Assembly (NCBI GenBank): GCA_965601925.1
Contig: OZ271854.1
Location: forward strand, 1,504,001 to 1,568,000
Direction: 5' to 3'
Origin: Alkalispirochaeta sp.
Lineage (GTDB): Bacteria > Spirochaetota > Spirochaetia > DSM-27196 > Alkalispirochaetaceae
Length of the DNA stretch: 64,000 bases
Position 1 is the stretch's first letter. Each line of letters starts with the position of its first letter. The translations under genes and the position numbers were made by a program. Shown piece after piece: positions 8,559-18,583 of this stretch. The notes beneath the pieces were generated by a model. The model saw only the letters and a program-made list of their open reading frames with translations. It did not search any database and was not told the DNA's origin.

Positions 8559-10847
8559 TCAGGATATACTCAGGTTTTCGGCACCGCGGTGAGTCCGGCG
8601 ATATTCAATCGGAGTCATGCCGGTATGCTTCTTAAAGGTCTCGAAAAAGTAATTGTAGCTCGCGAATCCGACTCGCCTACATAACTCTTTGACGGGGACA
8701 TCATGCACGAGGATACTTCGCTTGCACTCTTCCATGCGTACTCTGGTGATGTAATCCGATAGGGAAACGCCCATCTCCGCCTTGAACACCCGACGTACGT
8801 AGTTCGTGGACAGGCTTACTCGTGCGGCGATGCTCTTGGGACTGAGATTGCAATCGGTGAACTCCCGGTCGACGGTCTCGAGCACCCGCTCCACGACGTG
8901 CGACCGTTTGGACGGTCGCGCCGCCCGGCGCTCCTCGACGTAGCGGCGAAAGATAGCGGCGAGACATGAGCGGAGGGCATGAAGATCGACGAGCCAATGG
9001 GTCGAGGAGCGCAACTCGGTGATCTCCACCGGTATCCCGCTCTCCGGCCCTCCGCAGCAGGAGAGATGGCGCTGCGACTCGTAGAGGAGATACTGGGCAA
9101 GGAAGGTGAAATCGTCGTATCGGTGGTGCCGCACCTCATCGAGGAGCGTCTCGAGAATTTGCAAGGCTCGATCGGGGGCTCCCCCTTTCACCTCCCGCAG
9201 CAGGCGCTCGATCTCGCCTTCCGGCAGGCGGTACGGTTCGGTCTCGTCGTGCGCCTCTTTGTAGAAAAAGAGTCGCGTGCCGTCTCCTCTGAAGCGCTCG
9301 TTGGTCGCACTCAAAGCCTCTTGGTACAACAGGGCGATGGAACGATCCCGGTCGGTAGACGAGGAGATGCCCACGACCGCGTCGGGAGGAACTGCAACAC
9401 CCTCCTCTCGAAGGGCGGCGCGTATTCCATCGGCGACCTCTCTCCTTCCGAGGGCGCCGGGAGAAAACGCCGCGCGCGACACGATGATGGCGCCGCGATC
9501 ACCGGCGGTGTGCACCGGCTCGGACGAGACGGCGAAAGCGACGCGGCAGCGTCGCAGGAGGGCGTCGAGTTCATCTTCGCCGTACGGCGCGACGCGAACC
9601 ACGACGACCAACCGCTCCCGATCCGGAGCGATCGGTCGAAGGTCCTCCTCCTCCCAGTTGACGGTCGTCTCCTCGACCTCACCGGCGAGAAGGGCGTGAA
9701 GGAGTTCCCGGCGATGAACCTCCCGATGCAGGTGATAATACTTGCTCAAGGTGTTCATCCTGGTATCGACGCGTTCCAGCGTTCTATCGATGGACTCGAG
9801 ACCGACCTCGCCGTCTCCGTCGATGCCGTCGATCAGGTATTGATCGTGCAGCCCACGGACGCGATCCGACAACTTCTGGACCGGCTTCGCCAACCTCCTC
9901 GAGGCGAGAAGCGTCGCACCGAGGGCGACTACGAACACGCCGCCCAGAATCAACAGGGTTGCGTTACGGGCGCGATGAAGCTCCGAAAAGACGCGCTCGG
10001 TCGGAATCGTCTGAAGGAAGTGCCACCCCATGGCAGGATGGGTGGTATACGTGACGACCGACGATTCGCCGTCGATCTCGGTTACGAAGACACCCTGCGG
10101 CTCATCCGCACCCAACACGCGTTCGATATGCGGCGTCGTACGTACGTCGAGGCCGAACTCCTCGACACGGGGGTGAGAGAGCACCGTACCGTTCCGGTCG
10201 ACGATAACCGTCTCGCCCAACTCCTCGGAGAGTCCGCCCTCGAACAGGCCGCGCAGTAATCGCTCATCGATGTTCGCAACCACCGCCCCGCGCATGATCC
10301 GTCCGTCGGTAGGAAGATTACCGACGATGAGCGTAAAGACGTTCTTCCCCCCTACGCGCCGCGGTATGTAACGGTACGCGCCGTAGTGTGAAATATCGTG
10401 GAGCATATCCACGAGCGCGGCGTCCTCGTAACGCGATACCGACACGGGCCCTCCCTGCGACGGATAGATCATATCGGCCCGATAGTTGTACACCGCAATC
10501 GAATCGATAATCGGATTCGAAAGGCGTGCGTGGCGCAACAGCTCAATCCGGTCCAAAAGCGGACGCCCCTCGTTTCTCATCCCGTACATGAGGCGCTGTA
10601 TCTCTTTCTGTTCGAACAGCTGAACGGTGGCCGGAATCGTGGAGAAGTGAAGGGTCGTCATCGCGGAGCTCGCCTGTTCCAATCGCTCCAATGACGTCGC
10701 GTAGAGTTGACGGATCAGCACCGTCTCGACGGTTCGATAGGTCAGAAGAATTGAAGGCAGGGCGACGAGAACACTTACCGCAAAGATAAAGACGAAGTAG
10801 CGGACCGTTACGTTTCGGTTCCGTCGCCGAACATACTCGCTGTGCAC
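8559..10847 (-). CDS. Membrane-anchored AraC-family regulator with extracytoplasmic Cache domain (YesS-like)
   Basis: GTG at 10847 after AAGGAG; two TM segments flanking a Cache-like region (IVDRNGTVLSHP); C-terminal double HTH (VGFASYNYFFETFKKHTGMTPIEYR). Confidence 0.85.
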   Translation of the reverse strand: MHSEYVRRRNRNVTVRYFVFIFAVSVLVALPSILLTYRTVETVLIRQLYATSLERLEQASSAMTTLHFSTIPATVQLFEQKEIQRLMYGMRNEGRPLLDRIELLRHARLSNPIIDSIAVYNYRADMIYPSQGGPVSVSRYEDAALVDMLHDISHYGAYRYIPRRVGGKNVFTLIVGNLPTDGRIMRGAVVANIDERLLRGLFEGGLSEELGETVIVDRNGTVLSHPRVEEFGLDVRTTPHIERVLGADEPQGVFVTEIDGESSVVTYTTHPAMGWHFLQTIPTERVFSELHRARNATLLILGGVFVVALGATLLASRRLAKPVQKLSDRVRGLHDQYLIDGIDGDGEVGLESIDRTLERVDTRMNTLSKYYHLHREVHRRELLHALLAGEVEETTVNWEEEDLRPIAPDRERLVVVVRVAPYGEDELDALLRRCRVAFAVSSEPVHTAGDRGAIIVSRAAFSPGALGRREVADGIRAALREEGVAVPPDAVVGISSSTDRDRSIALLYQEALSATNERFRGDGTRLFFYKEAHDETEPYRLPEGEIERLLREVKGGAPDRALQILETLLDEVRHHRYDDFTFLAQYLLYESQRHLSCCGGPESGIPVEITELRSSTHWLVDLHALRSCLAAIFRRYVEERRAARPSKRSHVVERVLETVDREFTDCNLSPKSIAARVSLSTNYVRRVFKAEMGVSLSDYITRVRMEECKRSILVHDVPVKELCRRVGFASYNYFFETFKKHTGMTPIEYRRTHRGAENLSIS

Positions 10848-10956
10848 CGCAGGGCTCCTTGCACGCACCGTTTGTGCAAGTATACCAGCGCTCCGCTCAT
10901 CCCGGGACTGCGAGTTGCCGGGCGTCCGGGCCCGGTGATGGACCCCTATTGACTCC

Positions 10957-11352
10957 TTACGCCTCGATATCGGGCCAGTGGGCCGTGGCCTGTGCGGCGA
11001 AGTGTCTGAAGTCGTCGAGTCGCGACAGGAGCGGCGTAAGCCTCCGTAGGTCGATCTCGTCATACTCGTGGACGAGAAGATTGCGTAACCCGACCATCGA
11101 TGCAGTATTCGCGGCGACGTCGGGACGCAAAATACCGTGCCGCTCCAAGAGAACGATACACTCGCGATACGACTTCGGGGTGCCCAAGTTTCGAAGCGCC
11201 ACAAGCTCGCAGGCGACGTCGATAACGATCTGAATGGACTCGAGCAGGCCGTATCTAAGCGCCCATTCGTCCCGGCGATCGCGGGGCGGCGCCGAACGGA
11301 ACTCTTCGAGTATTCGTAGATTCTCGTCCAGTGTGCTCAAACGATCAGACAT
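10957..11352 (-). CDS. hepT: HEPN/DUF86 ribonuclease toxin (HepT)
   Basis: RNLLVHEY matches the RX4HXY HEPN motif; 131 aa; overlaps the upstream nucleotidyltransferase gene. Confidence 0.9.
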   Translation of the reverse strand: MSDRLSTLDENLRILEEFRSAPPRDRRDEWALRYGLLESIQIVIDVACELVALRNLGTPKSYRECIVLLERHGILRPDVAANTASMVGLRNLLVHEYDEIDLRRLTPLLSRLDDFRHFAAQATAHWPDIEA

Positions 11353-11788
11353 AATTCCGATATCCGAGTTTGCCTGCGCGAATGCGCCGTTCGAGCGCCC
11401 GGTGCGACAAAGAGCGAAGATAGGCGGTGTCTAAATAGGTGAGGATCGTACGTTTACGATACGTCGCAAGGGCGGTCGGTGATGTACACGTGATAATCTG
11501 CATTTCCGAAGCGATTCGGTGCGCAAAGGCCGGGTCGCGGTTCCACAAGCCGCACAACTCAACGACGTCCACGCGCGAGCCGCCCTCGTCCTCCAGGCGT
11601 CCAACAAGCGTTCCCAACTCGAAAAGATCCAAGGGTGTATCGCAGTAGAGCCCTACATCGAGGTCGCTGAGCGGACCGGCGACGCGCCTCGCGTGAGATC
11701 CGAAGAGAACGGAGAAGGAGATATCTACGGAGAGAGGCGCCGTTGCGAGAACTTCCCGTATCCGGTCCATCAACTCATCGCGTTCCAT
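11345..11788 (-). CDS. mntA: Minimal nucleotidyltransferase antitoxin (MntA)
   Basis: LFGSHARRVAGPLSDLDVG matches GSX10DXD; VDVV; paired with HepT. Confidence 0.9.
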   Translation of the reverse strand: MERDELMDRIREVLATAPLSVDISFSVLFGSHARRVAGPLSDLDVGLYCDTPLDLFELGTLVGRLEDEGGSRVDVVELCGLWNRDPAFAHRIASEMQIITCTSPTALATYRKRTILTYLDTAYLRSLSHRALERRIRAGKLGYRNYV

Positions 11789-11879
11789 AACGTGCAGTCA
11801 GTGTAGCGGAGTGCATATGCATTGACAATGCAGCGCAATCCGGCACGGCGTCCACTCTCCGAGAGGCGCGACCGGCGCC

Positions 11880-12938
11880 TTACAGCGAGGCGAAGTATCG
11901 GTCGAAGGGCAGACTCACCACGCGGTTTTCCACCACCGCTTCTATTAGCGTCTCCAACAGCGGAAGCTCCTCGTCACGAAGAGCGCGATTCGCCTTGAGG
12001 GCCGGATAGGCGCGGCTCATCGCCCGGACGACGGCGACGCTCTCCAACGTTTCGCCGGCCATGACCTCCCGCACTTCGCCGTAGGTGTGGCCCTTTCCGA
12101 GCAGCGTTCCGACGCGTAGCGACCGTCCACCCATGGCGGTCACGTACTGGTCGCCGGCGCCGGGGAGGCTGTGGGCGTATCGAGCGCTTCCCCGGAGCGC
12201 CGTAAGAAGCTGCTCCATCTCGTACAAACCCTGAGAAAAGGTTGCCGCGGCGGGATTATGCATCGCCGCACCGGCGACATCCACACCTCCGGCCGTCTCC
12301 AGCATACCGTGGGCCATGCCGACACCGATGACATAAGCATTTTTGAGGGCCACGGCGAGCTCCAGGCCCCACAAATCGTCGGAGGGCCAAATGTGGTAGT
12401 AGTCGGTACGAAAGAGCTGCGCCGCCCGCTCCGCCCGCTCCTTCTCCTCGGCGGCGAACACGACGCAGCTCTGACGCCGCGCTGCGAGCTCACCGGCGAT
12501 GCACGGGCCGCCGATCGCCATGAAGGAGCTGTGACGCCGAAGCTCCTCCGGGAAATGGTCGGCGATGACGGTGGGAAAAATTTCTACGGTACCGTCCCTA
12601 TCGGTACGAAATCCCTTGGTAACGGCAACGATGTCCCGTCCCCGACGCAATGCGGAGGCGAGGGTCTCGCCGATCCAGTCGACGCCCCACGAGCTGACCC
12701 CGGAGACGATGAGGTCGGCGTTATCAACCGCCATGGCAATATCTTCGATATGGAACGCCTCGACCGCCGCCGGAAGTTCGCGATTGAGCCTCGGGTGTCT
12801 ATTGTTGACCTGAGCCTCATCTATGATCTCGCGGTCCAAATGGGTGCCGACCAAGGCCACAGAGTGACCATTGTCAGAAAGTGGCCATGCGAGCGCGCTC
12901 CCCATGACTCCGGCGCCGACGACTGCAATGTGTGCCAT
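11880..12938 (-). CDS. NAD(P)-dependent glycerol-3-phosphate dehydrogenase-like protein (GpsA family)
   Basis: GAGVMG Rossmann motif, TKG, GGPCIAGEL, ALKN, GDQYVT, ES motifs. Confidence 0.8.
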   Translation of the reverse strand: MAHIAVVGAGVMGSALAWPLSDNGHSVALVGTHLDREIIDEAQVNNRHPRLNRELPAAVEAFHIEDIAMAVDNADLIVSGVSSWGVDWIGETLASALRRGRDIVAVTKGFRTDRDGTVEIFPTVIADHFPEELRRHSSFMAIGGPCIAGELAARRQSCVVFAAEEKERAERAAQLFRTDYYHIWPSDDLWGLELAVALKNAYVIGVGMAHGMLETAGGVDVAGAAMHNPAAATFSQGLYEMEQLLTALRGSARYAHSLPGAGDQYVTAMGGRSLRVGTLLGKGHTYGEVREVMAGETLESVAVVRAMSRAYPALKANRALRDEELPLLETLIEAVVENRVVSLPFDRYFASL

Positions 12939-13111
12939 ACGTTCTCCTGTTGATATCGAAATTACGGCGCTATTCTATCGTATCTGAGCCATTTGTTTCG
13001 GACACGAAAAAGACGATATGGCCTCGTCGTTCGTCGTCGCCCGCTCCGTCTCCGAAGGACCTGCGGAGCCGTTGGATCGGTAACGACAACTCTCGTCCCT
13101 TTTGCGAGCTT

Positions 13112-14593
13112 CTACTCCGCAAAGGTAGACGAACGGCAGGCCGCGGTGCCGTAGCCCGTACGCCGCCGAGCGTCCGCAGGGGTGATACGGGCGCGCACCG
13201 TGCCGCCGTCGTTGTATAGGCCGATCGTCCAGCCGTGTTTTTCCACAACTGCCTTGGCGATTGAGAGGCCCAAACCGTGACCTTCGCTGGAGCGATCCCG
13301 GGCGATACGATAGAGACGATCGAACAGGTAGGGCAGCTCTTCTTCCGGAATGGCGCCGTCGTTGGAGATCTCGATTGAACGATCGGAGAGTCGGCACTCG
13401 ACGGGGCCGGTGCCGTGACGCAAAGCGTTTTCCACGAGGTTGAACAGGGCTCTCAGAAGATACTCGGCGTCGCAGCACACCGTCTTGTCGCTCGCCGTCA
13501 CGTGGAAGGCACGCCCCAGAGCCGCCGCGCGCTCGGCAAAGCGCTCCCGGATTGCCGTTGCGAGCTCTCCCACGGGTATCTCCTCCATGCGAAGCGTGAG
13601 TTCCGGAGACTCGACGCGGCTCAGGAGCAGCAGGTCTCCGCTCAGCGTCTCCATATGTGCCAAACCGGAAAGAAGTAGTTGAACGCGCCGTTTGTCCGGT
13701 TGCAATACGCCGTCGGCGATGCCTTCGAGTTGGGCGCGTAGGTCGGCGATCGGCGTCCTAAGGTCGTGTGCGATATCCATAGTCCATTGACGCCTGAGGC
13801 GCTCTTCGGCGGTGAGTTGCGCCTGCAGACGCGCGCCGCTCTCGCAGATGCTTTTGAGCTCCTTGATGCGCGTCATCGGGAACGCCTCTCCCCGACCGCC
13901 GGTCGCTACACGTCCGATGGCCGCGGTAATGGTGCGAATGTCCTCGTCCACGGAGCGACTCCACCACAGCGTCACGAGCACGCCGACGACGAGCGCAGCG
14001 ATCACACCCACGGCGACGGCGACCAACAACGAGTCGATGAGGCGTTTATTGGTACGATTGACGGTGAATCCGGTGCTTCCGGCGGCAAAGTATCCCACCT
14101 GCCTATCGTCGACCTCGATCGGTATCAGCCTCTCGTCGGCGTCGAGACCGGCGAAGAGTTGCGGGTCGCGATGCGGCGCGGTGGGGGCGAGACGGGGAAA
14201 GAGGCGGGAGTCGCCGATGCGCGTAATGAGATCCGCTTCGGCACGGGCGTTACGCAGGCGGTCGGTGATCTCGCCCTCGCGGTACCACGAGTCGCCGTGC
14301 CAGTACCAGAATAACAACTCGCGCCGGATGTCGAAGACAAAAAGGTAGAGCGTCGGATCGAGATAGGGGCGCAGATACTCGTCGATCGTTTCACCCTCGC
14401 GATGGCCCTCCCGGCGATAGGCCGCCCCCAGCTCGGCGTGCACAAAATCGTGAAAGGAGATGCCTTGCTCCTCCTGCCACGACTCGAGGCTTCTACTCAA
14501 CCCGATACCGACGGCCAAGACCATCACGACGATGAACGTTACGGTAAGCAGTACGACGAGGCTGATCTGTCTCGACAGAAACGATGTAACCAT
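13112..14593 (-). CDS. Sensor histidine kinase (BaeS-like)
   Basis: Two TM segments, H-box IAHDLRTP, N-box NLVENALRH, G-boxes, LFDRLYR, GHGLGLSI. Confidence 0.92.
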   Translation of the reverse strand: MVTSFLSRQISLVVLLTVTFIVVMVLAVGIGLSRSLESWQEEQGISFHDFVHAELGAAYRREGHREGETIDEYLRPYLDPTLYLFVFDIRRELLFWYWHGDSWYREGEITDRLRNARAEADLITRIGDSRLFPRLAPTAPHRDPQLFAGLDADERLIPIEVDDRQVGYFAAGSTGFTVNRTNKRLIDSLLVAVAVGVIAALVVGVLVTLWWSRSVDEDIRTITAAIGRVATGGRGEAFPMTRIKELKSICESGARLQAQLTAEERLRRQWTMDIAHDLRTPIADLRAQLEGIADGVLQPDKRRVQLLLSGLAHMETLSGDLLLLSRVESPELTLRMEEIPVGELATAIRERFAERAAALGRAFHVTASDKTVCCDAEYLLRALFNLVENALRHGTGPVECRLSDRSIEISNDGAIPEEELPYLFDRLYRIARDRSSEGHGLGLSIAKAVVEKHGWTIGLYNDGGTVRARITPADARRRTGYGTAACRSSTFAE

Positions 14594-14596
14594 CTC

Positions 14597-15295
14597 CTAC
14601 CCCACCACCTCACCCATGAAACGGTAACCGACGCCGCGCACCGTCCGAATCCACTCTCCCGTCCCGAGTTTCCCACGAAGATTCTTCAGATGCGTATCCA
14701 ACGTCCTGCTCTCCGTTCCGGCGCCGTAGGCGAAGACGGTGTCTAAAAGCGTCTGTCGCTCCACGACCGTGCCGGGTTCCTGGGTAAGCATCGTCAGGAT
14801 GTCCCACTCCGTCTTGGTGAAGGAGATCGCCGCGCCGTTTACCGTCGACATCCGTGCATCAACATCGATCACCAACTGGTCCGAGTCGACACGATAGGTG
14901 ACGACCTTCAGAGACTCCTCAACGTGCGGCTCCGAGGAGGCGCGGCGGAGAATCGCTCGAACACGCATCACGAGCTCACGGGGAGAGAAGGGCTTGACCA
15001 CATAGTCGTCGCCGCCCGCCTCGAATCCCGCGATGCGGGAGCGCTCGTCGTCTCGGGCCGTTATGAAGATAAAGGGAATGTCGGAAAACTGACGAATCTC
15101 CCGTCCGATGAAAAGCCCCGAGCGGCCGGGAAGCATAATGTCGAGAATGCACAGGTCGGGATGCTCGACGCGCACCGCCGCAACGACGTCGTGCCCCGTT
15201 TCGAAGACACGTACCTCATTGCCGTCCCGTCTGAGATACTCGGCGGTCGCCTCTCGCAACCCTTCGCTGTCTTCTACCAGAAAAATCCGTGCCAT
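14597..15295 (-). CDS. OmpR/PhoB-family response regulator
   Basis: LVED..LDIMLPG..DDYVVKPF receiver; winged helix RTLDTHLKNLRGKL..TVRGVGYRF; likely start MARIF at 15295. Confidence 0.93.
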   Translation of the reverse strand: MARIFLVEDSEGLREATAEYLRRDGNEVRVFETGHDVVAAVRVEHPDLCILDIMLPGRSGLFIGREIRQFSDIPFIFITARDDERSRIAGFEAGGDDYVVKPFSPRELVMRVRAILRRASSEPHVEESLKVVTYRVDSDQLVIDVDARMSTVNGAAISFTKTEWDILTMLTQEPGTVVERQTLLDTVFAYGAGTESRTLDTHLKNLRGKLGTGEWIRTVRGVGYRFMGEVVG

Positions 15296-15745
15296 GCGGT
15301 TTACCGTATCACAGCCTCGGTCGTTCGACCGAATAGAATGTACTAAAAAGCCCGCGGGGTGGCCGTCTCGCCGGCAGCCGAATATCGAGTCCACGGGTGA
15401 AGCGCGCGCCCACGCCTCATACGACGCACGATGTTTTCATTCGATGTCCGGATGCGTCGCATAGAACTCACGGGAATGTGGAGGGCAAGTGCGGAAAAGA
15501 ACCGTGAATCGTGTGGAGTTATCTGTACTCTCTGCGCGCTCTGTGAGGAATTGTCCGTGGCAACTGCGAGACGGACGCTATCGATATCCGGTATGTCTTG
15601 CTAAAAGCAAGCGCCCCCGATCCCTCGAGGGCATCGGAGGCGATCCATACCGCTACCGAAGCGCGGCCGGTCGCAAACCATCGGACTGCCGCGCCCCGGC
15701 CGCATCGGACGCCCGGCGAACGGGCGCCGATAGGAACTCATCGGC

Positions 15746-17119
15746 TCAGTCGAGTTCGGCTTCACTCGCGGTAAGCACGCCGGTGGCCACATCGAAGGAA
15801 CCTTCGACGTAAACCGTCGCTCCGGAAAACAACGCGTCGACAAAGGCGTCGCGTGACAGGATTCGGTCATCGTCGTCCTCGAACCTCACATCGCCGGAGA
15901 TATCGATCGTCACACCCGCTACGGTCAGCGACTGACCGGAGAAGCCGGCGCCCACGGGACCCTGAATAGAGACGGTACCGGATTCTTCCGGAGATATCGC
16001 GACCGCCTCGATGGACCCGTCGCCGTTTAGGAATCCATATATCAAGATCGATTGCCCAGCGGTGATTTGGTCCTCACTTCCGAGTGTGCCTTCCTCCCAC
16101 CAGTCCGTCAATGCCGAGACGTTCACCGTAAAACCGAGCACGTCTGCGCGACCGTTCGTATCGGCGGGTGCTACGATTTCAATGTTGTCCTCGAAGTGGA
16201 GGTCGTCCACCACCAATACGTCGCCGATGTAGCGTCCCTCAACCTCTACCAAGACACCGTTGCCGAGGCTCTCGGCCCTGCCGCCGTAGAAGTCGGTGCT
16301 CCCGTTGGTCTGCACCATAATCTCTCCGACGGAGAAGGTGCCGGGATGGGCGGTAAACCCGTCGACGTAGCCCTCGATCTCGATATCATCGTCAATGCGA
16401 AACGCCGCGTCCTCGACGCTCTCCAACTCGATGCGGGTCGCCCGAAAGGCGGTTCCGGCGTTTTCAAGCTCCGCCTCGATCAGGGTGCCTACGTCAAAGG
16501 AGATTCCATGGGGAAACTCCGTTTGGTCGTCGTAGTTGATCGGGTCCGATCCACCAATTCGAACGGTGCCCGAGGTAGTACCGCTCTTCTCGGTGACCAC
16601 GCCGCGAATCTCGAGATACGTGTCCGAGGGGGCGTATTCCTCTACGCGAGTGGCGCGGATCGTACCGGCGCCGTTGTAGAACCCGTGGACCTCTACGGTG
16701 TCGTTATTCTCTAAGGTACCGATGAAATCGCGGACGGTACTGTACGTCATCACCACCGTCACGCCGAAGACGGTGAAGGTACTCGCGTTGACGTCCAAGT
16801 CCGCCAACGGACCGTGCAGAGCGTTTTCTACCTCGACGCTCGTGGCGTCGCCGCTGGTACCGTTGCCCTCGACGTTCCCCAAGAGCTTAATCATCATCCC
16901 GTCTTGCAGGTAGTTGTAGCTTGTCTCCACCTCGTCGGACGTGACGGTGACGCCCGCTTCGTCAAAACGGATGTCTCCTACCACGATACTTCCCCGGCGC
17001 ATCGCACCGGAGACCGACACCGGCGACGAGCCGTCGGATCCGTTGACGTTACAACCGGCGAGGATCGTCAATACTACAAGCCCGCCTATTCCCAGAAGCA
17101 TGCGTGTCGCTTTTTTCAT
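15746..17119 (-). CDS. DUF5666-like repeat lipoprotein
   Basis: ATG at 17119 after GGAGG; lipobox LAGC; several ~60-aa repeats of the type G..VEVEG....A..IE.E. Confidence 0.7.
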   Translation of the reverse strand: MKKATRMLLGIGGLVVLTILAGCNVNGSDGSSPVSVSGAMRRGSIVVGDIRFDEAGVTVTSDEVETSYNYLQDGMMIKLLGNVEGNGTSGDATSVEVENALHGPLADLDVNASTFTVFGVTVVMTYSTVRDFIGTLENNDTVEVHGFYNGAGTIRATRVEEYAPSDTYLEIRGVVTEKSGTTSGTVRIGGSDPINYDDQTEFPHGISFDVGTLIEAELENAGTAFRATRIELESVEDAAFRIDDDIEIEGYVDGFTAHPGTFSVGEIMVQTNGSTDFYGGRAESLGNGVLVEVEGRYIGDVLVVDDLHFEDNIEIVAPADTNGRADVLGFTVNVSALTDWWEEGTLGSEDQITAGQSILIYGFLNGDGSIEAVAISPEESGTVSIQGPVGAGFSGQSLTVAGVTIDISGDVRFEDDDDRILSRDAFVDALFSGATVYVEGSFDVATGVLTASEAELD

Positions 17120-17206
17120 ATCATTCCTCCTGTGGAAGCGTATGACGCCTCCAAAGTATGTAACGGAGACGTTATCGCCCGCTTTGGCGGCCAACAGGGC
17201 TGGAAT

Positions 17207-17224
17207 GTGAAGATTATGTGAAGA
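17207..17224. promoter_or_regulatory. Tandem TGTGAAGA direct repeat, candidate OmpR-family binding site
   Basis: TGTGAAGAttaTGTGAAGA (11-bp period) upstream of the lipoprotein gene; related half-sites at about 18514-18575. Confidence 0.45.
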
Positions 17225-17421
17225 AAAGGACCGCACTCGGTACCCGGAGCGCCGTGTCGAACCCTTAAATAGGTGGATTTTTTCATATCTAACTTCCAAT
17301 AATTACATAAATGCTGAAAGGATAACCGGCGGGATTACGCGGGAACCGGGGGAGCGTTTTCTTACGCAGTCGGTGTGTAGGATTGTTGCGCGGCGGCGAT
17401 GCGCCGCCCGCAGTATGTGCG

Positions 17422-17997
17422 TTATTGGAAACGCAGCCCCAGATTGAGGCCCAGGCGCGGAGCGGCTATCGCATCCACGGTGAGACGTGACTCCAGCGTC
17501 ACTCGATTACCGAACGGCCACGATCCGGTGACATAGACTCCGGCTGTGGGATACGGCTCGACGCTCTCGTCGATCGAGGTGCCGCCGCCCGGTTCACGCA
17601 CTTCGGTGCGGTCGACTTCGACGTAGACGCCGCCGCGAGCGCCGGCTCGTACCTCCACACGCTCCGGAAGCTCCAAGAAGCGGCGGACCGACCAATCGAG
17701 TCCCACCTGCCCGGCAAAGGCAAGGTTCGCCTCGTCGAGGGGATCGCCGGAAAGCTCGTATAGCGCTTCGGCGTCGACCCCCCACGCGCCGTCGGCGGTC
17801 CCGAAAGGAAGCCGAAAGCTCGCGTACGGACCGGTCGCTACGTCACCGTCCACAAAGGCAAAAATTCCGCCGACGCTGACGCCGCCATACTCCCGAGGCG
17901 CCTCATCCGCCTCTTGACCGAAGAGCGCCGCCGGAGCTACCAGCAGCACCAAGACCGCAGTGATCCGCGCCACCATTTGTCGCATGTTCGTTACCAT
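17422..17997 (-). CDS. Hypothetical exported protein, probable small beta-barrel
   Basis: Signal peptide (ALFG-QE), amphipathic strands, C-terminal LGLRFQ. Confidence 0.6.
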   Translation of the reverse strand: MVTNMRQMVARITAVLVLLVAPAALFGQEADEAPREYGGVSVGGIFAFVDGDVATGPYASFRLPFGTADGAWGVDAEALYELSGDPLDEANLAFAGQVGLDWSVRRFLELPERVEVRAGARGGVYVEVDRTEVREPGGGTSIDESVEPYPTAGVYVTGSWPFGNRVTLESRLTVDAIAAPRLGLNLGLRFQ

Positions 17998-18383
17998 TGG
18001 TTGTTACTCCTTCCTGCTAACTCGATGATGGTGCCGTCGTCGCGAACGATCTGCGTCGCGTAAATCTCACGTCGAATGTCGATGATATCGTCGTCGACCC
18101 ATCCGGTTATCGTCACCGTTTCGCCTACTTCTACCGGCGGGGAAAAAACGCCACTACCCAAAAAAACCTCGATGCGTCCGCTCGCGTCACGGACGAGTAT
18201 CTCGTCGTGGTCGCGATAGCGAACTACTTCCGCCTGTATGGTGGCAAAGCTGCCGCGACGGAGGCTTTGGATCGATTGAACGGCCGGTGCGTCGTCGCCA
18301 CTTTGCGCACCCTCGGCACTTTGCGCACTCACCGCGCCGGCGACAACGGCGAATGCGATCGCCGTCATAGATATGAACTTCAT
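17991..18383 (-). CDS. Periplasmic bacterial OB-fold (YgiW/YdeI-like) protein
   Basis: ATG at 18383 after AAGGAG; signal peptide; RDASGRIEV..VGETVTITGWVD BOF pattern. Confidence 0.7.
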   Translation of the reverse strand: MKFISMTAIAFAVVAGAVSAQSAEGAQSGDDAPAVQSIQSLRRGSFATIQAEVVRYRDHDEILVRDASGRIEVFLGSGVFSPPVEVGETVTITGWVDDDIIDIRREIYATQIVRDDGTIIELAGRSNNQW

Positions 18384-18583
18384 GCTATTCTCCTTGAGCA
18401 TTTTGAGTGTCGGGATCGATCACGCCGATCCCGCGCACCGGAGAAAACCGATCCATCTCCGCGTGCGTTGCTCGGGAAAGTACTACGTGGAGCCGCCGCC
18501 ACGGATACGTTTGTGTGAAGATTGATAAAACAAAACTTCACAGAGCCGCCGAAGTGTCTTCATATCTCACAATGGAATGAGCG

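Noticed and set aside
10848..11204. N-terminal extension of the AraC ORF (881 aa in the ORF track)
   Set aside because: Overlaps hepT in another frame; an RBS-supported GTG exists at 10847.
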